Made by a program: the position numbers and the translations under genes. A stretch of 63,957 nucleotides of DNA, filler included, from Polymyxa betae A26-41 (taxonomy: Eukaryota > Protista > Endomyxa: Phytomyxea), in the NCBI GenBank assembly GCA_003693705.1. It is 9 parts of 9 records of this genome, joined end to end, with 100 filler letters (N's around TTAATTAATTAA, not from the genome) between each part and the next. Parts side by side here need not be neighbours in the genome. Positions count along the whole stretch, not along the records: positions 21,742 to 28,607 come from RBZT01000626.1; positions 28,708 to 36,839 come from RBZT01000741.1; 7 more parts are not named here. One strand, written 5' to 3'. Under the pieces are notes generated by a model. That model did no database searches. It was given only the letters and a program-made list of their open reading frames with translations, and had not been told where the DNA came from. How positions within the stretch are numbered: position 1 is the first letter of the stretch; each line of letters starts with the position of its first letter. Positions 22,704-33,855 of this stretch are shown here, one piece after another.

Positions 22704-25700
22704 ATGTGGCGACGTCACTCGATGATTGCAGCTCTGTCTGTCTGGGTGGCCGCACGGATCATCACAGAGGCGGTCTTATCTCATGATGATCCACTTAACC
22801 ATCCCGTACTGGACCTATCAAATCCGGGGCCTCTGTACTGGGACACCGTCGGTGTCCTCTCTCAGGTAACGACATAATAATGTTACATATTTGGCTGGTA
22901 ACGTCACGTGTAGGAGTGGGAAACTGCTGAGAACAAGCTCGAAGATATGTTCCAGGACGTTACCTGTCCGGATCTGATAACGTTACCGGAGATGGTCCCA
23001 TGTTTGGAGGCCGCACAGATATCGGAACCGCTCACAGAGAATCACTGGATAGATGATATTCTAAACCCTAACCCTATACAAGAGTTTGTCAGTGTCAATA
23101 ATGGACATGTAAGCCGCTATTCGTTTCACAAAAAACGCGGACTGTTTATGTTACAGGCTCCTGAATCGCAGCAGTCCGTCTCAGAGGAATCACGTATTAC
23201 AGTATGCTACAAAGTTAAATCGGCGCCAGAATCGGAGCCTTTTATGCAGACAAACCAACAGGTAAAGAAATGACATGGCTGATTACGTTACACACTGTTA
23301 CGATTTTACAGTTGGATGATCACACGATAAAGTTGGGGTCTGGTAGCAGCAGTACATCAGATGCAATATTCAACCAATCCGATGCTTCGTTCTGTGTAAC
23401 GTTTCGCTTCATTTCCGGAGATGCGTCTTAATTCATGTTACAGACAACTATGCCGGGAGAATTTCGTGATATTGGGGAATGCCTTGACCTAAATGACCAA
23501 ATTCCTGCCGCTGAAACTGACACGTTACCATTCCCGCGTAGCTTTGACGAAGGTCCGCGAGACTGTTTCCGTCCGAATGAGCCTGAACATCTGAAACATA
23601 ATTCCGAACAGGTACCTGCTGTGTTAATGCTTCCATACTGTCGTATTTATGTTGCAGGCTGTCAATTATAGCTTAGCGGAGGCCGCGTTCCCATCTTCGT
23701 TACCAATCCTCCCCGACATTACGATCAGATCTGCTTCGTTAAGTCAAGCTATGTTACATGATGGGACTGCGGTAACATCACATTCAGCTGAGGTAGACTT
23801 TTTTGCAATGTTACATGTCGTGAATGTTTTTATGTTTCTCATATGGTGCAAAAGGAAGCCTCGTTTCCGTCTTTTTCGTTCACAGAACTTCTTGATCTCA
23901 ATTGCGAATCTGATCAGGTATATCTGTGTACGTTATGTGACAGGCACAAACCCTAATCCTTTGCAATTAGGACTTTATCAATGAGATTCTGCTGTCTGAA
24001 TATGAACCAGACTTCCAATCCAGTTCAGTTTCTGAGGAATGTTTTTACGCTTCTGACAAGGTGGTCTCGTCACCTTGTTCGTCAAATAACCTTCTTAATC
24101 CCAATTTCGAATCTATTTCGGTATATCAATGTACGGTAACAGGACTAGCACAAACCCTAACCCCTAGTTTTCAGGACTTTATCAATGAGATTCAGTTCTC
24201 TGAATCTGAGACAGACCTTCAATCCAGTTCGATTGCTGATGAACTTAGTCTCCAGAACTCATCAGATCATCTTCCAGTTTCGAATGCTGTAACGTTACCA
24301 CTCGCTGATCTCGGCATAATGTTACAGAGTCATGTCGAACCCTGTTCCCGGAAGCCACGCAGAAATGTGAGAAGTTCACCCAGTCATGTTCACGTTACTC
24401 ATTTTCTGTAACATCAACAGATGTTGCATTCGTCTGATAAACGCCCCCGCGCAACAACCCAGACTCCAGAGGCGCCCCAGAACAAGATCAGAAAGGTGCC
24501 ACAGACATTATGTGAAGTTACGTTACATGTTTGATGTGTTATGTTACCTACAGATGAGTCATAAGAAATCTGATTCACAGCTGAGCAGCTGCATTCTACC
24601 TGGTCCTGACCAGAAGGTCCCAGAACTGGTAACGATACTTTGTGTAATGTTTCCATTGACTGAAATGTTACGTTACAGTCCGTGGATATTCCTGATCGTC
24701 TTCTGATCAAATCGAAGAAGACGACTTCGGAGAGAATCCATTTGATGGTGGACGTTATCCGTCAGGCCCAGCAGGTTGCGCTAACACACGGTTTACTTGT
24801 CTGGCATCGTAACCTCTCCGAACATTTACCAAGGTCGTTCTGGCCCGTGCTGCGATGTTTACGTTACCATCACCAGGGCGACATCGATTCGTTCGCCGCC
24901 CATTGGGGCGACCTGCTCATCGTCTACACGTTCCCTTGCTGTGGAAAGACCCCTGATTGTGCTCCACGGCATTTGCGCAAACCAACGCAATCCGCGCTCT
25001 GCTCTCGTTCCGCAGATCCATCACTACAATGGGATAACATCGACTTATCCCCACTGAGTCGGCTCGGCAAGCTGTCTACCACGTCCCAGAAACTCGAAGT
25101 GATCCAGAGAATGTCCGCTCTGATTGAATCGATTCCGGGCCCGATTCCGAAACGTTACATGCATCAAGTGTTCGAGACTGTCCGTCCCATCATGCGCTGT
25201 TTCTGTGATCATTGTGGGTCCGATCTGGGCCAGTTCGTCCAACGATGGGGGTCCAACTTCCAACATCGCGAGTTCAGTTCGCGACTGTGTCCAGGACCGA
25301 AGCGGCTGCTCCTCGGACAAGACGCGGCCTCCTCGTCGGTCTCGGATTTTTCAGAAGACTGGCAGACGTACCTAATCCGTCATTATGGACCTGTTCGTGG
25401 GGGCCCCCATGACCCGTTCGAGTTGGTCACGGACTCCGAGAATGTAACGCCAAGCATTTTTACGAGATGCGGTGCGGACCTGGGGTCTGCGACCTTGAAG
25501 GCGGAACAGATTCCGAAAATGTCTGGATCCCACCTCATGACAACCAAGGAGCTGCTGGCCGAAATCCGCAAACGTTACACGCGTTACCAACATCTGCGAA
25601 GAAAAACGCTGGGAAGGGCTTGTTACAAGAGGCTGCTGAATATTCGTGCTATTGTTGGCTGTTTAACGTTTCATTGTGATAATAATGAAGACCTGTTCGA

Positions 25701-25797
25701 AGAGCGTTGGCCAAATATGAATCCTACGCAGTTTCGAAGTAAATTCTGCCCCGGTATCGAGTCCAAACCCTGTAATTTCTCGGAGAGGGATCAATAA
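22704..25797 (+). CDS. Intron-rich putative secreted protein with three C-terminal Cys/His repeat domains related to those of the 3.4-7.4 kb family
   Basis: MIAALSVWVAARIITEAVLS signal-like N-terminus; many short GT-AG introns (e.g. 22866-22913); last exon has WPVLRCLRYHH..FAAHWG, RPIMRCFCDHC..FVQRWG..CPG and RAIVGCLTFHC..FEERWP..CPG. Confidence 0.7.
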
Positions 25798-26159
25798 ACG
25801 AACCACAATACGATTCTGTATGAACATAGAGTTGAGCGACTCCCAGAAACCCCAAACCCCTCACTCATACTGTTACCATCCGGATCGCAGGAATGCTTAA
25901 GCGCACTTCGAACTGCCAGCTGAACCTCCTGAAAGCCCAAACACGACGAAGAGGAGAAAATCTGGAATATCGGAAGAAAGTTGATCACAATGACATTTTG
26001 ATTTTTATTGATACAGGATATCCTGAATCCTTTCATGAGTCTTCGACAGTCAGAACTGAATCAGGTTTGGAAAGACGATTCACGCATACAGATGAGTTCC
26101 AAGAATAGGTTTTGGGTGCTCCTGGCTATATGAGTAGGTAGCTGCGGCTTTCCTATCTG

Positions 26160-26420
26160 TTGTTCTTTCCATTTCATTTGTTGTACTCTTCATTTCATAT
26201 GTTGTACCTTTAGTTTCATTTTTTGCAAATTCCAAATCAATTGCTGTACTTTCCATTCATTTGTTGTACTTTCCATTTCAATTGTTTACAATGGCATTTG
26301 TTGCGGTAATTTCTCTATGATTTGTTGCTATAATTGAAAATCATCAATAGCAAATACAGTACTTTTTGGTTTACTTTGCTTCAGTATTTTGCTTTTCATT
26401 TGTTACAGAAACTTGTTCAG
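26160..26420. repeat. Degenerate T-rich ~20-22 bp minisatellite (ttcatttgttgtactttcca)
   Basis: Several imperfect copies visible. Confidence 0.6.
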
Positions 26421-28476
26421 TGATCTCCGTAACATCCATATCATTAAAAGTGTCGGCAAAGTAGCTTTGATTTAGACACGGATTTGGATGAAAAGCGTTA
26501 TTAGTAAATCAGAAAGCTTCTCATATTTATTGGCTGGATCTGCTTGGCAAGCCCTGCAGGGCCTTGTCCTTTGGCGGCGGTGGCAGCAACGTGCTAACAT
26601 CGTCGGTGGGCTGAGCCTTAATAAGAAAAATGATCGGGTTGACGCCGCCATTGTTGCCGTATGGGACGAGATCGCATAGGATGATTGCGTTCCATACTTG
26701 CTCATATATTTCAACGGCGGTCCAATGGCGTTGATTTTTGTAAGATTATCGAACAATGAAGTCATTAATACATAATTCAGTCAAAGTTGATGAGAATGTT
26801 GTCTGCAAAGTCAGTGAGTCTTTGGACGGGCTCGGATGAAAAATGCAAGAAATCAGTCAGAAAGTGCTGCTCAAATTTATGGGCGTCGTCCTGGTGATCC
26901 CGAAGCCAGCCTTCATCATTTACCGCAAATTCTCTTCAGCCATCATCGTGAATATATCAGACTTATTGCTGCTCAATATTTGACTGCGATTCCACTGATA
27001 TCGCTGGATGATTTGCGGAAAGATCTGGGAGTGAGCCTGTTCTCATAAAGATCTTGAAAGGAATGATTCTGAAAGTTGAAATCACATCCTAATAAAATTG
27101 TTCGTGATCATGCTTATCAGATTCCTGTCCAAATCCGGACTCCAAATGTCGTTTGTTCTGGAAACAAAATGATTATTCGTTTTACATCAAAACGCAGGTC
27201 GTCTGCAAGCCCAGCTCGATGAACCTGGGCTGAAGTCGACAACTATCAGCAGCAGTTCATTATAATATCCAATCAGTAATGCTCAATGAATAACATCTAT
27301 CAACACCGGTTAACGTTTAGATTGGAAGAAGTCCCTGAAATACAGACCTGGATGTTAGATAGCAGCCTCCTTTGCTCAACAGAGTACGAAGAGATCATAC
27401 ACGAATCTGAATCTATTTTTAGAACATTGAGATCTATCTCGAAGACCCATGGCGTCATTGTCACCGATATAAAACATTCGAGCATCAGATCAGAAAAAAA
27501 TTAGAAAACTCTGAAACAATTAATGAGGAAAAAGATTAATTGATCGAAAATTGATCTAGCAGTGAACCAGAGTTCTAAAAAATGGTCTACGTCGTCAATA
27601 TTTGCAGTAGAAAATCTGGGATAATTGCAAATTTTTAGGGTTAGATAGCTACAGGTAATTTATCAGCCGAATTCACATCAGGATAAGAGGGGCCAATTTG
27701 TCAATCCAGGATATATTTAATAATGTAAATTAATATCGTCACTATTTCACTTGTAATCGGTATCAGTCTGAATCGGACGAGTTGACGTTTGGCCTAAAAA
27801 CATTACTTTGCTTGGTGAACTGATAGACAATCACAGGATGCGACGCACCTTATTCTGTTTTGGATGGGGACGCAGCTTTTGTTCCTCGGTGCAGAATTAA
27901 CTCTGGCAGTTTTGCCGCTCATGCGTTTCCTGGCTGCGCGAGATGTGGTCGTTGGCTGATTCCTTGCTCTATTTCCACTTTTTTTTCTGTGATAACGATA
28001 TGAATTGCAGTTGCGACACGAATGTGATTTCAAATTTCTCTTTTGTCTTCGAAGATGTCGTTAACAAACGGGCTAATTTGTTAGTCGCCTTTTAAATATT
28101 CGATGTGTTGCTGTAGGCCTTCCCGTATTCTATCGAAATCAGTTGGAAGATCTTGAATTTTTCACGGAATATGATTGAGTTTGGAGATTGCCCTCAGTCG
28201 AGTTCTTTTCGGGCTTAGAATTTGGATCTGTACATAATCAAGAACACATTGATACATCTTTATGTCACATACAGAATGTTCATGAGTGAGAGGATCACAT
28301 GTTGTTAACCTCATGCAGATATAATTTGAAGATTCTTGAATACTCTGAGGGCTGTAAATCTAGAGTGACATGAATTTAGAAGGATCATTTCAGTCACTCT
28401 TAAAATGCCACATACCTCCAAAATCGTAGCATACTTTGCATTTCTCTGGTCTCCGGCGATTGTTCCAGGCTTCCAC

Positions 28477-28607
28477 GACATAATAATGTTACATATTTGG
28501 CTGGTAACGTCACATGTCCTGTAGGAGTGGGAAACTCCTGAGAACATGTTCGAAGATATTTTCCAGGACGTTACCTGTCCGGATTCGATAACGTTACCGG
28601 AGGTTGG
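28477..28607 (+). repeat. Paralogous fragment of intron 1/exon 2 of the 22.7-kb gene
   Basis: gacataataatgttacatatttggctggtaacgtcac...ccaggacgttacctgtccggat..ataacgttaccggag matches 22871-22991; ends at a gap. Confidence 0.88.
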
Positions 28608-29071
28608 NNNNNNNNNNNNNNNNNNNNNNNNNNNNNNNNNNNNNNNNNNNNTTAATTAATTAANNNNNNNNNNNNNNNNNNNNNNNNNNNNNNNNNNNNN
28701 NNNNNNNAGATTTATTAAAAATTACATAAAACTTCTGATTTTCCCAAAAATAGCGTACGCAGTTTGATGGAACTGCGTCCGCAATAAGACTCGAAGACTG
28801 ACGCATAAATCTGATGCGTACTAAAGATGCGAACATTGATGAAGTATGAAGACCTACTCTAATAATATTGGGCTCGACTCCCAGAGGTCCGTACGGACAC
28901 CGTACGGACTGAGCTGAATGAAGCTGGGACTCGAGCTGGAAATAAAACAGAATTAATTACGATCTGACCGAAGTGCTGCCCGATTTTGTAGTAACCTGAA
29001 ATCGCGATCTGAAGAATCCGCTCTAGGACGTAAAAGCCAATAAACCAACTGGTTCCAAGTACACTGGACTC

Positions 29072-32000
29072 TTGATTAAGGTCAGGAAAATTGGGGCAGA
29101 ATCTGACAATTCAGACATTGTTAGGGAGATTCAAGTGAAAATTTCTAATATGTCATTCTCTTGCCCAGCATTATTGGATAATGGCTCGGATGTGACCATA
29201 ATCCCGAAATCAATGGCACTTGAGGCAGAAAAACTGGATCCTGAAAATTTCAAGATTCAGGAACTACCACAGCCAGAGATCGCGACTCTTGCTGATGGTA
29301 AAACGGCGTGGGAATTGCATGAGACGATGAGTCTAGACCTGGTACTGATGAGTATGGCAGGCGAGATAACGTTTCGAAATCGTAAATGTTACGTCTGGGA
29401 CGTCCCCAACCAGGATATCATAATAGGAAGAGACCCATTGTTAGAAATTGGCATCACACCTGAGCAAGCTCTAGAGATGTTAATTGATTCGATGAAATGT
29501 GAGAAGCCACTTGAAAATGGAGATCTAACCAATGAGTACGACGCTGATCACGCTAAGGAGTTGGGAACATGGGAAATGGAATCTGATTCTCCAGATATCG
29601 GAATTGATACCGATGAAGAAATGCAATTGGCTATAAATCGGTTGATTAATAAAGCAGTCGAAAAAGGACTGCCAATCGAATGGCAAAACAGGCTAAGGGA
29701 GCTCATCATGAAATATAGGAATGTATTTCGATTGAAATTATCCAATGATCCTCCTGCCTCAGTCACACCCTTGAAATCTGAGTTGATTAACAACGCCAAA
29801 CACATTAAATGTCCAAATCGAAAGTATGGAAGACAGAGTGAATTTCTGGATGAGTTTGCTAGTAAACTCTTGGAATATGGATTGGTTTATGAGAATAGGA
29901 ATAGCAAATGGGCTTCACCAGTTGTGGTGGTACAGAAACCGGGAAATCGTGGTTATTGAATGTGTGTTGATTTACGAGAAGTCAACAAGCAATGTCATTC
30001 CACGATGTGGCCGATGCCACACCTTGAAGCCATCGTTCAATATCTTGCTGATAAGCAGTATTGGTTCGCATTGGATGCCTTCAAAGGTTTCTGGATAATG
30101 CCGCTACATCCAGACTCTCAGGAGATGATGAACTTTGCGACTGACAGAGGTGTTTACACTCCTAGTAGAAGCATTCAGGGCCATCTAAACTCCACTGTCC
30201 AATTTCAAGCACGAATGTCAGAAATATTCGCTGAAATAATGTATAAATCATTGATTATATGGGTTGACGATCTCTTGGGTTACACCCGCACGATAAATGA
30301 GTGGATTGAAGCTCTACGAAAAGTACTAGAATTAGCTGAAAAGTCTGGGTTAAATCTAAACATCGATAGATGCGAGCTATTTCTTTCGGAAGTGAAATTT
30401 GCTGGTAAAATCTTCACATCTACGGGCGTCATGCACGACCCTGATCGCATTAAGGCGTTAATGCAGATCGGTACACCAAAGAAGGCTAGTAATTTACAGC
30501 AATTTCTATGTAGTGTACAGTGGATGCAAAGACACATTCCAGAATACCACTGCTTAGTGGGAAAATTGCAGGATGTGTTTGAAAATGCAATGAGGAACCA
30601 ACCGAAAAGAAGTAAATCGATTGCTAGAAGCATAACACTCAGCAAACACGGCTGGGATCCGGAACATGATAATGCGTTTAAAAAACTGAAAGAAGCGATT
30701 GCTAATTCGGTTCAGCTTTCATATCCAAAATCGGACTATATTCAATGCATTTTCACAGATGCTAATAAAGATCATTGTGCTGGTTTGGTGACACAGATAC
30801 CGAAGTGTGATCTGGGAAAGCCATTGTCGGAGCAAAACCATGAGCCGTTGGGTTTTAGTGGTCATAAATGGGATAGAACACAACAAAATTGGACTGTGCC
30901 CGAATGGGAGGCTTTTGCTGTCAAATCTTGCATGGAAAAACTAGATTACCTGCTACCAGTTTTGGGAGAGGATAGAGAGCCATGTCGGCTGTATACCGAT
31001 CACAAAAATTTAGTCTCAATGTTCAATCCTGATAAGAATATGGCGAAGCACACCTCTGCGAACTTACTCGATGGGGTATGGATATTTCGAGGTTCAACTA
31101 TATAATTGAGCACATTCGCGGTGAAGATAATACTTGGGCTGATTTGCTGACCCGATGGGGCGCCCCAGTAATAAATCGAATGATTAGAAAAGTCACTGTG
31201 GAATCGAAGATACCTTCAACTTTACATATCAGGCCGCTTCAGCGTGCTGACTTTGAATGGCCGAATGTAGAAGCGATTGCATCATCACAAGATCAACATC
31301 AAACATGCTCTGATCGGAAAAATAACGATGGTTTATATATTGACTGGAAAGAACGGATAATCATTCCTGACGATGATGAATATCTACGTCTGAGGTTAGC
31401 GATCATCGCCCATGCTGGTAGAAATAGTGGACACGTTGGAATAACGGAGAGCTTGAATTTGTTACAATCTGTTTTCGTTTGGAAGTTAATGAAAAAAGAT
31501 GTGACAAACATTGCAAGCAACTGTCTACACTGTCTCCCATGTAGAGGTGGTAGGAGAATTCCACGCCCTCTCGGCGAACAATGTCATGGTGAAAAGGCGA
31601 ACGAATGTTTACACTATGATTTTGTATATATGGAAGAGGTTGCAAAAGATGCTCGGCATGACTTTAAATGGATTTTAGTGATGTTGGATGACTTTACTGG
31701 ATATGTAAGATTAACGCCGTGCTGTGAACCAACTACCGATGTGGTAGTCGATGCAATTTTGCAGTGGAGAGCTGACTTTGGAACGCCGAAAAAGCTTGTG
31801 AGCGATCAAGGATCGTACTTCAAAAGCAAAGTGGTTGCTGAACTTTGTAAGCGGACTAACATTTCGCTACGTTGTCTCATATGTACACTACCCGAATGGA
31901 ACGGTGGAAGTGATGAACAGACATATACAAGATTTGTTAAAATCTTTAATCTCTGAATTAAGATGTGATACCTCGCAGGGGCCTTGGCTGGTCGTTCATG

Positions 32001-32715
32001 TGCAGCATACACTGAACCACAGAGGCTAGGCCAGGACCGCCTCCTGATAATCCCTTGCAGGATGTGATTCGTATGCATGTGGCTGACTCGATGCCAGTCG
32101 CGCCGCCGTCGACCGCCGAGATAGAACAGCACTATGATCGTTTGATCAAAGCGCTGGCTGAATTTCATCAAAACTGCGAACGTGCTTACTAGCAATGAAA
32201 GAAATAAAAAACGGCAAAAATCGACTAAAAATCGCATGATAAATCTGGAAGTGGGGGAGTATGTACTCGTAGCAGTACCGGATTCAAACAGAGCGCCTGG
32301 CGGCAAACTGAGACACAAGTGGCGTGGACCGTTCAAAGTAACGCGTGCTATCAGCCCCTGGGTCTACGAAGTCGAGGACATTGTCAGCTTAAAAGCGAGT
32401 AACATTCACATTGAGAGACTAAGACTGTATGCTGATAAGCAATTGAATGTCGATGTTGATATAAAATCACAGTATTGTTTTGATAATGTAAAATATGAGA
32501 TTGAGGAATTCCTGGATGTTCGAAGGAACAAGCAGACGGGTGAATTTGAACTGCTAACGAGCTGGAAAGGTTTTGAAAATGATCAGAACAGTTGGGAGCC
32601 GATTGGTAACCTATTGATCGATGTGCCTGAGCTTGTAAAGAGATTCAAACCGAAAACAGGACACAGGCTAAAGAAGGAATGGGAAATGTTTATTTCTGTT
32701 CAACGCCAGCGTTGA
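29072..32715 (+). mobile_element. Ty3/Gypsy chromodomain-bearing LTR retrotransposon pol (PR-RT-RH-IN-CHR), decayed
   Basis: LLDNGSD protease; LDAFKGFW and WVDDLL RT; TDAN/YTDHKNL RNase H; HH-CC and SDQGSYF integrase; YEIEEFLD..SWKGF..SWEP chromodomain; stops and frameshifts. Confidence 0.95.
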
Positions 32716-32792
32716 GTATACCTTCCTCCAGTTTTTGTCCCACGAGGTTTTTCTGGGGGTTTACTGGTGCTCACGCTAGGTCGAGATTTTTC

Positions 32793-33305
32793 TTGGAGAG
32801 GGGAGTGTGGTGATCTGGTTAGCGCAGCCCATCTACGCTACTTTCTACCATACGCAATTAATACAGACTCATTCTATTTTATTGTCTCCATCTGTGATCG
32901 ACTGTCTCGTACCTCAGATCGGCACACAGCGAAGCATTCCATATCGTTGTATGCCCTGAACATCTAGTCTGTTTTTGGAATTATTGTCTGATGACCAATT
33001 CCAACATCAGTCGGGTGCTGTTCAAGGGGCAGCAGGCTTTGCAGCCGCTGGAGTAATATGTAATAGTACTTGCGAAACGCGCTTACGAACCGATCACGCT
33101 GCTGCAGTTCTTTGTCGGCGGCCGCGTTCACACGTTCGTACTTATCAGCCAAGTTGTTGGCTGATGTAAAGATATCAGTCGCAAGACGTGCCGGCTCATT
33201 TGTAATCCGGGCGCAAACAGCCGGGATCCACCAACTGTGCTCTTTCAGAACACAGTCAAGGATCCCGTGCTCCGTGCGCAGATATGTCTTTAAGACTCTG
33301 ACACA
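32793..33305 (+). repeat. Polypurine tract and probable 3' LTR of the Gypsy element (3' boundary uncertain)
   Basis: ttggagaggggag followed directly by TGTGGTG at ~32806. Confidence 0.55.
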
Positions 33306-33855
33306 GGGAGCTCTGCCGCCAGAACGATCCAGATGGAGAATCCGACCAAGCTAGCACTACTGCGGAAAGAAATGTTGTTGGGGGTCGCAAGGCGATTTCG
33401 GCTACAACCGCAACAGGGGATCCTGAACCCGGGTCCGACCACCGCGCTTGCGCTTCCTGGCGGCCACCGCGCTTTCGGCCACCAGCACTTCCTATAATAT
33501 TTTTGAATTTTAGGGGTTACAGTTTTATGCTTGAGATACCTGTCTTTGATCTGCAGGATGGAAGGCTGCAGATCAGCCTTCTATATATCTGCGACGGGAA
33601 TCATCGGACGCGATGCTGTTCCTAGTTTGCATCGTATACGAAGCTACGGATTAAAGTGTCTGTCCGAGCTGGAAGAAGCTGTTGTAGGGCGACTACTGAA
33701 CGCTTGGTGAGACTTTAACAACTCAATGAAAGAATTTCTATTAGTCATAAACACAACTTAATCAGGAACGAACAACGATATGGTTGATTGGTAGTAGGTG
33801 TGTAGTTGTGTAGTGCAGTAATAATTGCGAACACTTATTGCGCCCTACTGTAATT

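Noticed and set aside
26430-28280. Possible decayed gene or transposon
   Set aside because: Only short ORFs, no assignable domain
33680-33850. Solo LTR with gtagggcg/cgccctac ends
   Set aside because: The terminal CA and a TSD are not clear, and there is no second copy in the window
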